Source: an uncultured delta proteobacterium (GTDB taxonomy: Bacteria; Desulfobacterota; Binatia; UBA9968). From it: a stretch of DNA of 64,000 nucleotides. A program made the translations under genes and the position numbers. Within the stretch, counting starts at the first letter, position 1, and each line of letters opens with the position of its first letter. Shown piece by piece: positions 53,388 to 62,569 of the stretch. The DNA is taken from assembly GCA_963840855.1 (NCBI GenBank), contig CAWJBB010000041.1:256001-320000 (forward strand). Reading direction: 5' to 3'. The notes under the pieces were generated by a model. The model was not told the DNA's origin. It did not search any database and was given only the letters and a program-made list of their open reading frames with translations.

Positions 53388-55904
53388 ATGGCAATCCGGG
53401 AGTACATACAAACTCAGATCTTTGGTCGCCGCGCGCAAGACCGTGGAAGTCTCGTGGTTTATGATCCAGCACGCCGCTACCGAGATATTGCATTGGGTTT
53501 GGCTTCAGAACGCTGTCAGGTCATTGACGCCTCTAAGTCGGTCATCGAACGACGTGAGATGGCCTCGGATGCTCTACTTGCCTTAGGAGAGGGGCGAATC
53601 CATCAACTTGTTGTCTGGATTCCGGCGGATCCTCCGCAGGATGACGAGGGGAGACAGCGCGATCCGTTCTCTGTGTTCTGCCAGGTCGGCACGATGTTTC
53701 CGCAGGGTGACGGCGACGATTTCGTATCTATTTGCCGGCGGGCGAAACCTGATCATATTTCCGAGATCAACCGTCTTTTCGCGGAGGGGGAGCCTAGTTT
53801 CGAGATGGTCGATGCTTTGGACCAAGGCGGTTCCTGGCCTAAGCTTAAAACACTATTGAGTGCTAATTCCTCGAAGGAGATTTTACTTGGTATCTTGTCG
53901 CCCAAACGCGATCAGGAAACTGCGCTCAAGAACGATCCGACATGGGTAGCGGAAGCAAAGGATTTCATTCAGCGGATTTTAGGTCATAAGCTCAAAACGA
54001 GAGGTCAGATGCGCCAGTCAGTCGCAGAAGAATTATGGCGGCTGCTTCTATTCAGCGAGTTTGTCTTCGACTCCGGCGGGGATATACCGGCGTCGCTGGA
54101 ATCTGTGCCTAGGGCTGGAGTTGAAGCGAAGAGCTTGGTTTATGACGTTTGCGAAGAGCTGCGAAAGCATCAGGACCATAAAGAACTGTATCGAGATACG
54201 GCGAGAGAGATAGAAAACGATATGGTTCTCGCCGAACGGTGCGAGGGCTATAAGTATCTAGGCGATCGAGACACCTTTGGTTTTGAGGAAAGATCGTATC
54301 TCCAACAGCTAGTCGAACGGGCGCTCGCAGGTCAGATCGAGCAGGCGAGAGAGATCTGGGAGAGCCGTCGAAGTTCGATCTGGATCTCTCCGGAAGATCG
54401 TCTCGCAGAGTGGACGCTGGCGGCGCGCGCGCTCGATTTAATCGAGACGGCTGGAAGGCTGAGCACGCCCAAGTTTCCGACTTTAGAGTCGATCGTGCAC
54501 GGCTACTCGACAACGTGGCGAGACTTAGATCGGTATCACCGCGAGATGGAGCAAGCGATAAATCAGCGGGAGAGTGATAACGATGCGCTGGATTCCCTCG
54601 TTGCGCGTGCGCGCTCGGACTATTTCCGGTCGGTCGAAGCCCTTCAGTCAGAGTTTGTTCGACTGGTCACCGCTGAAGGGTGGCCGGCGAGCGGCGGGCA
54701 GTTGATCTCGAATTCCCAGGTATTCTCTAAAGCCGTCGCACCGGCTCTCGAAGCGGGTAAACGGGTGGCCTACCTATTGGTCGATTCCCTGCGGTATGAG
54801 TTGGGTGTCGAGATCGAAAAGCAGCTCTCGGACAAACATAAGGTGACCCTTCAAACCGTCTGCGGTCAACTGCCGACTTATACTGAGGTCGGTATGGCCA
54901 GCCTCATGCCCGAAGCCGAGTCCGCCCTGAAACTGGTGCAGAAAGACGGCAAACTGATTACGACGCTGGGTGGTGAAGTGGCGACTGGACCAGTACAACG
55001 GTTTGCGTACTTGCGAGCGCGAAAAGGCGACCAATGCCAAGACATCGATCTGGAGGGTTTGCTCCGCCAGAGAAAACCGAAAGTGCCTGAGAGGATCAAG
55101 TTGTTGCTTGTGAGGACGCATGATATCGACGCCATGGCTCACGGAAGCCCGCATCAGGTGCACCATATGATACCAGTCCTCGTGCGCCAAATTATCCGCG
55201 GACTCGCGAAATTAGCGGAACTGGGCTTCGATCAGGCGGTGATCGCGACGGATCATGGTTTCATACTCGTTCATGAACAGCCCGCTGGCAATGTTGCGCC
55301 GCGCCCGAGCGGGAATTGGATCGTTGAAAAGGCACGCTGTAATCTTGGGACGGGAACGGCGGACGCGGCCAATCTTGTGATGAAAGCCAGTGAGCTGAAC
55401 ATTCCTGGAGACTTCGAGCATTTCGCCGCACCAAGGACACTCGTGCCATATATGCGAAACGAGATGTATTATCACGAGGGGCTCTCCTTGCAAGAATGTG
55501 TGCTTCCCTGCCTCATAGTCCAATTGGAGTCCTCCGACAAGACGACAAAAAAATCGTCTCCACCACGTTTGACGCTTACATATCGAGAAGGGAAAACCGA
55601 CCGAATCACTTCGCGTCGACCCGTGGTCGATTTGACGTGGCCCCAAGGAGACTTTTTTAACGACGAAGTTGAGATCGAACTGCTCATGGAGATTGTCGAT
55701 TCGAAGGAAAAATCTGTGGGAACGGTAGGTTCCAGCCCGTTCGTAAATCCCGCTACTGGCGGTGTGCGAATCAAATCCGGTAGCGCCCTATCTATAGGTA
55801 TCAAAATGGACGATGAATTCTCGGGTAACTTTACGCTGCGTGTCTTGGATCAAACGAATGTCATGCTCGCTGAACTCAAACTCAAAACGGGGTACATGGA
55901 ATGA
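53388..55904 (+). CDS. pglZ: BREX PglZ (alkaline-phosphatase-fold)
   Basis: LVVYDP, LVDSLRYELG, LPTYTEVGMASLMP, IATDHGF, YYHEGLSLQE. Confidence 0.93.
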   Translation: MAIREYIQTQIFGRRAQDRGSLVVYDPARRYRDIALGLASERCQVIDASKSVIERREMASDALLALGEGRIHQLVVWIPADPPQDDEGRQRDPFSVFCQVGTMFPQGDGDDFVSICRRAKPDHISEINRLFAEGEPSFEMVDALDQGGSWPKLKTLLSANSSKEILLGILSPKRDQETALKNDPTWVAEAKDFIQRILGHKLKTRGQMRQSVAEELWRLLLFSEFVFDSGGDIPASLESVPRAGVEAKSLVYDVCEELRKHQDHKELYRDTAREIENDMVLAERCEGYKYLGDRDTFGFEERSYLQQLVERALAGQIEQAREIWESRRSSIWISPEDRLAEWTLAARALDLIETAGRLSTPKFPTLESIVHGYSTTWRDLDRYHREMEQAINQRESDNDALDSLVARARSDYFRSVEALQSEFVRLVTAEGWPASGGQLISNSQVFSKAVAPALEAGKRVAYLLVDSLRYELGVEIEKQLSDKHKVTLQTVCGQLPTYTEVGMASLMPEAESALKLVQKDGKLITTLGGEVATGPVQRFAYLRARKGDQCQDIDLEGLLRQRKPKVPERIKLLLVRTHDIDAMAHGSPHQVHHMIPVLVRQIIRGLAKLAELGFDQAVIATDHGFILVHEQPAGNVAPRPSGNWIVEKARCNLGTGTADAANLVMKASELNIPGDFEHFAAPRTLVPYMRNEMYYHEGLSLQECVLPCLIVQLESSDKTTKKSSPPRLTLTYREGKTDRITSRRPVVDLTWPQGDFFNDEVEIELLMEIVDSKEKSVGTVGSSPFVNPATGGVRIKSGSALSIGIKMDDEFSGNFTLRVLDQTNVMLAELKLKTGYME

Positions 55905-58009
55905 ACTCAGACGCTCTTGATGCGAAGTTAAACGATGTCTTTGCAGGCAAGGTCGTGCGGAAAGACCTGCTCCTTCAGGTGAAAAAAGGCACCAACGTGC
56001 CGTCATTTGTGCTGGAATTCCTTTTAGCCCGTTATTGCGCGAGCGACGATCCGCGCGAAATCCAAGAAGGCATGGCGGCTGTGTTGGAGACGATCCAGAA
56101 GAACTACGTTCGTCCAGACGAGAGCAATAAAGCGCAGATTATGGTGCAGCAGGCGGGCAAACATACATTCATTGATAAGATCCACGTGAAGTATTCGGAA
56201 AAAGAGAAGCGGCCGTGGGCACGAATGGAGAACTTCAACTCGTCGCGCATTGCAATCAACGAGCGATATTACAAATCGGAGAGCGACCGCATCTTTGAAG
56301 GCGGTATATGGGCGGAATGCACGGTCGCTCACAATGACGCGGAAGACGACGACTATGCCTTTTATATCGAACAGCTTAAACCCATCCAACTTTCTAAGTT
56401 TGATTTTAAGACTTATGTCGAAGGACGCCAGCACTTCACACGGGATGAGTGGCTCGACGTACTGATCCGGTCCTTCGGACTCGAGCCTGATTGGATGGAC
56501 AGACGTCTCAAGTTCCATTACCTAGCGCGGCTGGCTCCGCTAGTAGAATCAAATTTCAACTTCATTGAGCTGGGCCCGCGTGGAAACGGTAAATCGTATA
56601 CGTTCAGCGAGTTCTCACCCTACTCAACTCTACTCGGTGCGCCAACATCGGCTGCTACCTTGTGGTGGAACAATGCCCGCAGGCAGGTGGGAATTATCGG
56701 GTTTTGGGACGTGGTCGCATTCGATGAAGTCGGAGAGGGCATAACAGTTCGCGACAAAGAGACGTTTCAGGTGATGAAGCAGTACATGGCCAACGGAAAT
56801 TTCACCCGATCCACATCGACTGTCACTGCCAACGCCAGCTTAGCATTCGTAGGCAATATCGATGACTCCGTTGAAGCGATTGTAAATTCGCCAAAGCACA
56901 CACTGTTCAACCCCCTGCACCGCGTCTTTGACCTCGCTATACTTGATCGCTTCCACACATTCGTGCCCGGCTGGGAAATCCCAAAGAACAAGGATGAAAA
57001 CCTGACGCGACGCTATGGACTCATCATCGAGTATTTGGCCGAGGCGTTTCACCATCTGGCACGTAGAACGAACCGCTTCGCCCAGGTGAAAGCGGCTTGC
57101 AGGCTCGGGCCGGGCTACGATCAAAGAGACCAGACGGCGGTCCTTAAGACGGTTTGCGCCTTTGTAAAGCTACTGCACCCGGGCGACGAACCGACACAGG
57201 AGCAGGTCAACGAATATTTAGCGTACGCCATCGAGGGCCGGCGTCGCGTTAAGGAACAGCTAAACAAGAAGAAGCCAGACGACGAATTTGCGAACATCAA
57301 TCTCGGTTACCTTCATAACGGAGGCGACCCGATTATCGTCTTCTGCCCCGAATCGACGAACGCCGCCGCTACGCAAAATCCCGATCGACGCCAGATTGCA
57401 GACGATGACAAAGACGTAAAGTTGCCAGCCAGGCTAAAGAAGGAAATTGAAGTCGTCTCGGAATTAACTTCCGCTGGGTCAACAGGCACAGCTATCGACA
57501 CGGCGGTTGCCCTTGCCGAGCCGCCTCGTGAACCCAAGGAGCGACATTATCGTATTCACTATGGGGCAACGGGGTATTCATATGAGAGTATCTTCGGTGA
57601 TTATCTCCCGGGTGCCGACGAGATTGTGATAGAAGACCCTTTTATCCGGCAGCATCACCAGATCATCAATTTTCTACGATTCTGCGAAACGGCAGTTCGC
57701 GTCGGGAACCCAAAGAAGATCATCTTGGTTACAAGGTTCGAGGACCCGCTAGAAAAGGATGAGGCGTTGCCGAAGCTGTTAACAATTGCGGACAGTCTCA
57801 ACCAGTTCGCCGTTGCGTTAGAAATTAAAGAGAACAGCAATCTTCATGACCGCCAAACTCGACTGAGCAATGGATGGACAATTAAGATCGGCCGCGGCTT
57901 CGACATCTACCAACGTCCGGATGATTGGCTCCAAGTCGGTGCGAACGATCTCGATCTGCGTCCTTGCCTGGAAACCAATGTGGATGTGATCCGGAGCAAT
58001 ACCGCATAA
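55901..58009 (+). CDS. brxL: BREX BrxL-like AAA+ protein with C-terminal MIT_C/PLD-like domain instead of Lon protease
   Basis: GKVVRKDL, VPSFVLEFLL, ELGPRGNGKS, WDVVAFDEV, DRFH..PGWE, EGRRRVKEQL; tail IEDPFIR..HQ..NF, LHDR..LSNGW.IKIGRG. Confidence 0.85.
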   Translation: MNSDALDAKLNDVFAGKVVRKDLLLQVKKGTNVPSFVLEFLLARYCASDDPREIQEGMAAVLETIQKNYVRPDESNKAQIMVQQAGKHTFIDKIHVKYSEKEKRPWARMENFNSSRIAINERYYKSESDRIFEGGIWAECTVAHNDAEDDDYAFYIEQLKPIQLSKFDFKTYVEGRQHFTRDEWLDVLIRSFGLEPDWMDRRLKFHYLARLAPLVESNFNFIELGPRGNGKSYTFSEFSPYSTLLGAPTSAATLWWNNARRQVGIIGFWDVVAFDEVGEGITVRDKETFQVMKQYMANGNFTRSTSTVTANASLAFVGNIDDSVEAIVNSPKHTLFNPLHRVFDLAILDRFHTFVPGWEIPKNKDENLTRRYGLIIEYLAEAFHHLARRTNRFAQVKAACRLGPGYDQRDQTAVLKTVCAFVKLLHPGDEPTQEQVNEYLAYAIEGRRRVKEQLNKKKPDDEFANINLGYLHNGGDPIIVFCPESTNAAATQNPDRRQIADDDKDVKLPARLKKEIEVVSELTSAGSTGTAIDTAVALAEPPREPKERHYRIHYGATGYSYESIFGDYLPGADEIVIEDPFIRQHHQIINFLRFCETAVRVGNPKKIILVTRFEDPLEKDEALPKLLTIADSLNQFAVALEIKENSNLHDRQTRLSNGWTIKIGRGFDIYQRPDDWLQVGANDLDLRPCLETNVDVIRSNTA

Positions 58010-58065
58010 GAAGCAAAAAATCTAACGATAGAAAAAATGGATTGGTAGCCGTTACGTGATCGAGA

Positions 58066-58356
58066 GTGGCCTTTACTGATGATCCAGGAGTCATACCGGC
58101 GAGAGGACTGAGCCAATATGGTACATTCTGGTTGCCGCAAAACACTATTCCTCTCTTTCTTCAGGCGTTTCAGCAACACCTTGGCCACCTCAATAGTCAA
58201 TCTAACGGCGCCGTGCAACGGTTTATTTATCACTATTTGCCGACGGGGGTATGCAACCAGATCGCGGCCGCAGCGGTCGACAAAATGGCTGTAACGCTCG
58301 CTGACCGCAAAGAGCACGGGAAAGATATCGCGACGAGCGTCAAATCGTGGTGTTAG
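58066..58356 (+). CDS. Possible small hypothetical protein or gene remnant
   Basis: 96-aa ORF with GTG start and no motif. Confidence 0.3.
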   Translation: MAFTDDPGVIPARGLSQYGTFWLPQNTIPLFLQAFQQHLGHLNSQSNGAVQRFIYHYLPTGVCNQIAAAAVDKMAVTLADRKEHGKDIATSVKSWC

Positions 58357-58515
58357 TGGCGAGGCCGGGGATATCCATGCAGTACCGTTGGTGAATCAAG
58401 AACGAGGGCGAGAAAAGTGCGAAATTTCTGGAACGTGGTTTTTAATATGGAAATGGTCAAAGAAAGCAGAAGTTTATTTCGGACCTTAAGCCCATCGGTT
58501 ATTTGAGGAGGTGGT

Positions 58516-58731
58516 ATGGTACAAAACCATGAGAGTAGTGCAGATGAGGTTTATGGACGCGTGGCCACGAGCATCGAAGATCAGGATGTCAGAGAACTGT
58601 GGCAGAAGATACGTAGTGAACTGATGCGGGAAGGTGGTGGACCGGATGCATGTTTGGCATATCTTGAAAGTGAATTAACAAGGATGGAAGAGGTGGTCCG
58701 ACGAGGCCTGGACCGCCTGGAAAAACTATAG
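58516..58731 (+). CDS. Small helical hypothetical protein (71 aa)
   Basis: Strong GAGGAGG RBS; amphipathic helices; 9 bp before the next ATG. Confidence 0.75.
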   Translation: MVQNHESSADEVYGRVATSIEDQDVRELWQKIRSELMREGGGPDACLAYLESELTRMEEVVRRGLDRLEKL

Positions 58732-58740
58732 AGGTTGGGT

Positions 58741-60861
58741 ATGGATGGAAAAGGATTTAAGATTCAACGTGTCAGAGTTGAAGGCTTTAAAGGATTCACG
58801 ACCGGTCAGGCGATAACCGTGGATGGTAAGCATGTGTTTGTCCTCGGGCCAAACGGATTCGGAAAGTCAAGCCTAGTTGAGGCAATACGTTGGGGTCTTT
58901 TCGGATCGACCCGTCGTCCCGGAGAAACCGTCGCAAACCAAGACTATACCGGAAGCTGTCGAGTAGATCTCGTATTGAAGCGTGGCGATGGAGATTGGAC
59001 CTTAAAGCGGACTCTGATTAGAGGTGTGAGCGGCGGTTCGGATGCGGATATTCTTGACAATCTCGGCCAAAGTCATGGCATAAAGGAAGTGCTTCCACGG
59101 CTCCAATCTCTACCTGCTGGAGAGGGAATGCACATTGTCTACGCGGCTCAGAATGCACCACTCCGACGGCCTGCCGATGACTTAAGCCCATTTGAGAAGA
59201 CGATTTACTCATATTTGGGCTTAGCGGATGTGCGCGTAACGATTAGTCGGCTTAATGATTTCCTGGAAACACACGTACTTAGGGAAAATACGCTCGCTAA
59301 AGATATTGATGAGAAAAGATCGTATCTTGAGTCGGAGTTGGGTCGTGCAACTGATCAGCGTCAACGATTCATCGAGAATCGACCCTGGCCCGGTGACCAT
59401 GTTCCAATCCAAGAGGAAACGGCGACTAGGATCGGTACATTTATAAAAGGTCTATCTTTAGGCGCTTATTCTGAGACTGTCTCACCGACGCCGGGTATTT
59501 TTTCCCTTATCGACGAGGCAGAGTCCGTTTTTAACCGGGTTAGTGACATATCGGGTAGTGCTATCCAAGCTCGCATCGCGGAGGTCCAGAAGCAAATAGG
59601 GGCGGCTGCGTTGTTGTCTTCTGAATTAGCGAATCGGGAGGCGAAGTTAGCGACCGCACAGCAAGAAATCGCTTTGTTGAAGGAAAGGTTGGTTGCCGCA
59701 CTAAGTGGGACTACTCTTGAGTCGCTTGCCAAATCCGTAGAAGCTTTCGACAAAGACGTCGAAGACAAAGCCTTACTTCTGGACCTTCAACATAGAGCTC
59801 GTATCTGGACTGAGCGCCATATTAAAGAGCCCGAGGAGCAGTATTGTCCAATTTGCAGACGAGAGCATGAACTTAGAGCATTGTTGCAGAGCCTTGCAGA
59901 TCGTGTCGCACGGGAATCCGCAGAACGAAAGGCAATTGTGGCGAAAAGAGATAATTTGAAAACTCAATACCAGGAGACTATGCGCCTCGTTAAACAAGTT
60001 GAGGAATTGGATGCGTCGTGTTCCTCTTTTCTAAGAGAGTTGTGTGACACAACGGATAAGATTCGCAGTTTTTTGGATTCAGATCTTCAAAATGAAGACA
60101 TCGCGAGCGCACTGCACGCATATCTCACCGCATCGGAGAGTGACAGAGTGAACTTGCAATCGAAGTTACGGGAAACTGGGGAACTGAAGCAGGCTTGGAA
60201 GAGAGAGTTGGAGAATCTACAGGATGAGGTTCGCTTTCATAAAGTGCAGCAACAATTGATCAGTCTTCATCAGCGAATGCGTGATCTTGAAGCCGTTCGA
60301 GATTCCTTAAAGACACTGGTCTTGTTTGGAGATAGTGTCAGGCAATTGAGAGATAATTTGGAAAGAGCCCTGAATGAAACGCTCAAGGTGGCACTTCCAA
60401 GCATTAACGAAAAGCTGTCAGAGGCTTTCATCGGATTGACTGAACATCCAGTGTATAGCCGGGTGCTAATTGCGGAAGGACGCCTTCCAAAATTGGAACT
60501 CCGGGTAGCGACAGATAACAACCGGCTTGCTGGCTGGGAGCCCTCAGCTGTCCTAAACGGGCAAGCTCTAAACGCGTTAGAGTTGGTTCCTTACTTTGCA
60601 TTTTCTGAGCTCACAGATGTTCCCCTTGAGGTGTATTTGCTTCTGTTAGATGATCCAACCCAGTCTTTCGACGGGCATCATATCGATATTCTCGTGGGAA
60701 AGTTGGCAGAACTTGGCAGGCGAGTCCAACTTATTGTAGCGAGTCACGAGATTGGTTATTTTCAAAATTTACTTTCGAAGCATTTCGATCGAGATGAGTA
60801 CATCGTTGCTCGCGTTACGGGCTTTCTACCGCGTAATGGGCCGACATTGGAGATATGCTAA
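58741..60861 (+). CDS. Rad50/SbcC-like coiled-coil ABC ATPase with zinc hook
   Basis: VEGFKGF, GPNGFGKS, Q-loop YAAQ, coiled coil with central CPIC, degenerate signature LNGQ, LLLDDP..SFD, ASHE. Confidence 0.85.
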   Translation: MDGKGFKIQRVRVEGFKGFTTGQAITVDGKHVFVLGPNGFGKSSLVEAIRWGLFGSTRRPGETVANQDYTGSCRVDLVLKRGDGDWTLKRTLIRGVSGGSDADILDNLGQSHGIKEVLPRLQSLPAGEGMHIVYAAQNAPLRRPADDLSPFEKTIYSYLGLADVRVTISRLNDFLETHVLRENTLAKDIDEKRSYLESELGRATDQRQRFIENRPWPGDHVPIQEETATRIGTFIKGLSLGAYSETVSPTPGIFSLIDEAESVFNRVSDISGSAIQARIAEVQKQIGAAALLSSELANREAKLATAQQEIALLKERLVAALSGTTLESLAKSVEAFDKDVEDKALLLDLQHRARIWTERHIKEPEEQYCPICRREHELRALLQSLADRVARESAERKAIVAKRDNLKTQYQETMRLVKQVEELDASCSSFLRELCDTTDKIRSFLDSDLQNEDIASALHAYLTASESDRVNLQSKLRETGELKQAWKRELENLQDEVRFHKVQQQLISLHQRMRDLEAVRDSLKTLVLFGDSVRQLRDNLERALNETLKVALPSINEKLSEAFIGLTEHPVYSRVLIAEGRLPKLELRVATDNNRLAGWEPSAVLNGQALNALELVPYFAFSELTDVPLEVYLLLLDDPTQSFDGHHIDILVGKLAELGRRVQLIVASHEIGYFQNLLSKHFDRDEYIVARVTGFLPRNGPTLEIC

Positions 60862-60862
60862 T

Positions 60863-61393
60863 ATGGACAATATCGCGCAGTGGGCTGCGGGGAAATGTCT
60901 GGAAAAACTAAAAGAGGGCTTAGAATCAAGTGAGCTCGGATTCCGCATTCAAGGCCTGGCTGCCCACGTACTCCTTCGGCTAGGAATGCGTATATTGGAA
61001 ATAAATAGTTCCGGCCATCCAGATATCATTGCGCAGAGCGGTGGAGGTTTGGTTCGTCTTGAAATAGAAGCAGATCTGAATGGGTGGCGCGCTCGCGCGC
61101 CTACCAAAGAAGATCTTAATGCAATAGCTCCTACAAACTGTTTTGACAGGGGGTTTTTTGCAGTAGCGCGACTTGGACCTTATCCCCGCTGGGTGGTCGT
61201 TGATTCAGCCCTGCTTAAAAGGCGCTATGGTTTGCTAGCGGCTCCCGCAATACTGGAAGCTTTGGCTGATGCAGAAGTTTCAGGAATATGGACAACTGAA
61301 TTCGTTCGTTTGTTGGAAGCAAACTGTGAGCGAGTCTCTAGTTTTACATTTGAGTTTCTGGTGCGGCGAGCGTTGGAAGGAAGACCGATTTAA
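60863..61393 (+). CDS. Putative PD-(D/E)xK-fold nuclease-like protein
   Basis: Helix GFRIQGLAAH, then GHPDII...RLEIE; starts 1 bp after the ATPase stop. Confidence 0.6.
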   Translation: MDNIAQWAAGKCLEKLKEGLESSELGFRIQGLAAHVLLRLGMRILEINSSGHPDIIAQSGGGLVRLEIEADLNGWRARAPTKEDLNAIAPTNCFDRGFFAVARLGPYPRWVVVDSALLKRRYGLLAAPAILEALADAEVSGIWTTEFVRLLEANCERVSSFTFEFLVRRALEGRPI

Positions 61394-61404
61394 CAGAGAG
61401 AAAA

Positions 61405-62151
61405 GGGGTCGGGAGTCTTTTCTTGACAGAGTAGGGCCGGATGGGATAAATGCCATGGCGAAATGCCGTGACGCCCACGTCTTGCAAACCGGTGGCATAG
61501 CCTATCATGTTCTAAACCGACGGGTCAGTCGGTTGCCGCTGTTCGAAAAACCCGCAGACTATCGTGCCTCTGAGAAAATTCTCAGTGAAGCCATCGGGCG
61601 AACCAATATACGGATTGCGGCGTATTGTTTGATGCCGACTCACTGGCATTTGCTGTTGTGGCCGCGCGACGGTGGAGAGCTTTCCGAGGTGATGCGATGG
61701 ATTACGGTGACACATACGCAACGCTGGCATGCACACCGTCATTCGTCGGGTAGCGGGCCGGTATATCAAGGACGATTCAAGTCCTTTCCGGTTCAGACCG
61801 ACGAGCATTTTCTGACGGTCGCCCGATACGTTGAGCGCAACGCTGTGCGGGCCGGGTTAGTTGGACGGGCGGAGCACTGGCAGTGGTCGAGTCTAAACCG
61901 GTTTTTGGACGAGGATGGCGGGCGATCTGAGATGTTGAGTTATTGGCCAATGGAGCGACCGAAGAACTGGATTGAATTCGTCAACGATTCGGAGCGAGAA
62001 TCGGAGCTGGATGATTTACGGTCGAGCGCGCAGCGCGGCCGCCCCTATGGCAGTGAAGACTGGATGAGCAGAACTGCCAAACAACTTGGACTTCAATCGA
62101 CGATGCGTTCCCGCGGTCGTCCGAACCATTCATGAAAAGACTCCCGACCCC
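61405..62151. repeat. 17-bp perfect inverted REP-like repeats bracketing the RAYT gene
   Basis: GGGGTCGGGAGTCTTTT (61405-61421) and AAAAGACTCCCGACCCC (62135-62151); further copy at 63919-63936. Confidence 0.85.
61455..62135 (+). CDS. REP-associated tyrosine transposase (RAYT, Y1 HUH)
   Basis: YHVLNR, AYCLMPTHWHLL (HUH), YQGRFKS, RYVERN, WQWSS; TTGACA just inside the left repeat. Confidence 0.9.
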   Translation: MAKCRDAHVLQTGGIAYHVLNRRVSRLPLFEKPADYRASEKILSEAIGRTNIRIAAYCLMPTHWHLLLWPRDGGELSEVMRWITVTHTQRWHAHRHSSGSGPVYQGRFKSFPVQTDEHFLTVARYVERNAVRAGLVGRAEHWQWSSLNRFLDEDGGRSEMLSYWPMERPKNWIEFVNDSERESELDDLRSSAQRGRPYGSEDWMSRTAKQLGLQSTMRSRGRPNHS

Positions 62152-62152
62152 G

Positions 62153-62290
62153 TTATTCTCCTTCGCCGAATACCTCGCAGCTTGCTGCGGGGATGAAGGC
62201 GAGGAGAACCCTCCGTAGCCTTGGCGAAGGAGGGTAGCGGCTTCGGGGAATTTCGCAGGATACCCCGCAGCTTGCTGCGGGGAGCTTCAT
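62153..62290 (-). mobile_element. Short hairpin element, minimal form of the 32072-32294 copy
   Basis: Two CCCGCAGCAAGCTGCGGG-type palindromes near its ends. Confidence 0.65.
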
Positions 62291-62569
62291 TTCTCCCCAT
62301 CAAACAGAAAAGGGATTGACGACTCCCCGGTCCGGCGATATTGCTCGGAGCAGAAGGAACGAAAAAGGGGTCACCGCTTTTAGCTTTTTCCGGGATCGAT
62401 CGGCCGCTCACGCGACTCCTCCCACTGCCAAGCACAGAGCGGCAGGATAGAGTTGCGAATTTTACCAGAGCATATTTCCGCGTCGCGACTCTCCAGCTTT
62501 TCAACTCCATACTTGACTCTATAGGTTGGCTGGAGCTTTAAAGTAAGTTTCGGCCAAGAACGAGCAACT

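Noticed and set aside
58741-60861. Housekeeping SbcC or RecN
   Set aside because: No SbcD partner, degenerate ABC signature, and location within an AT-richer island.
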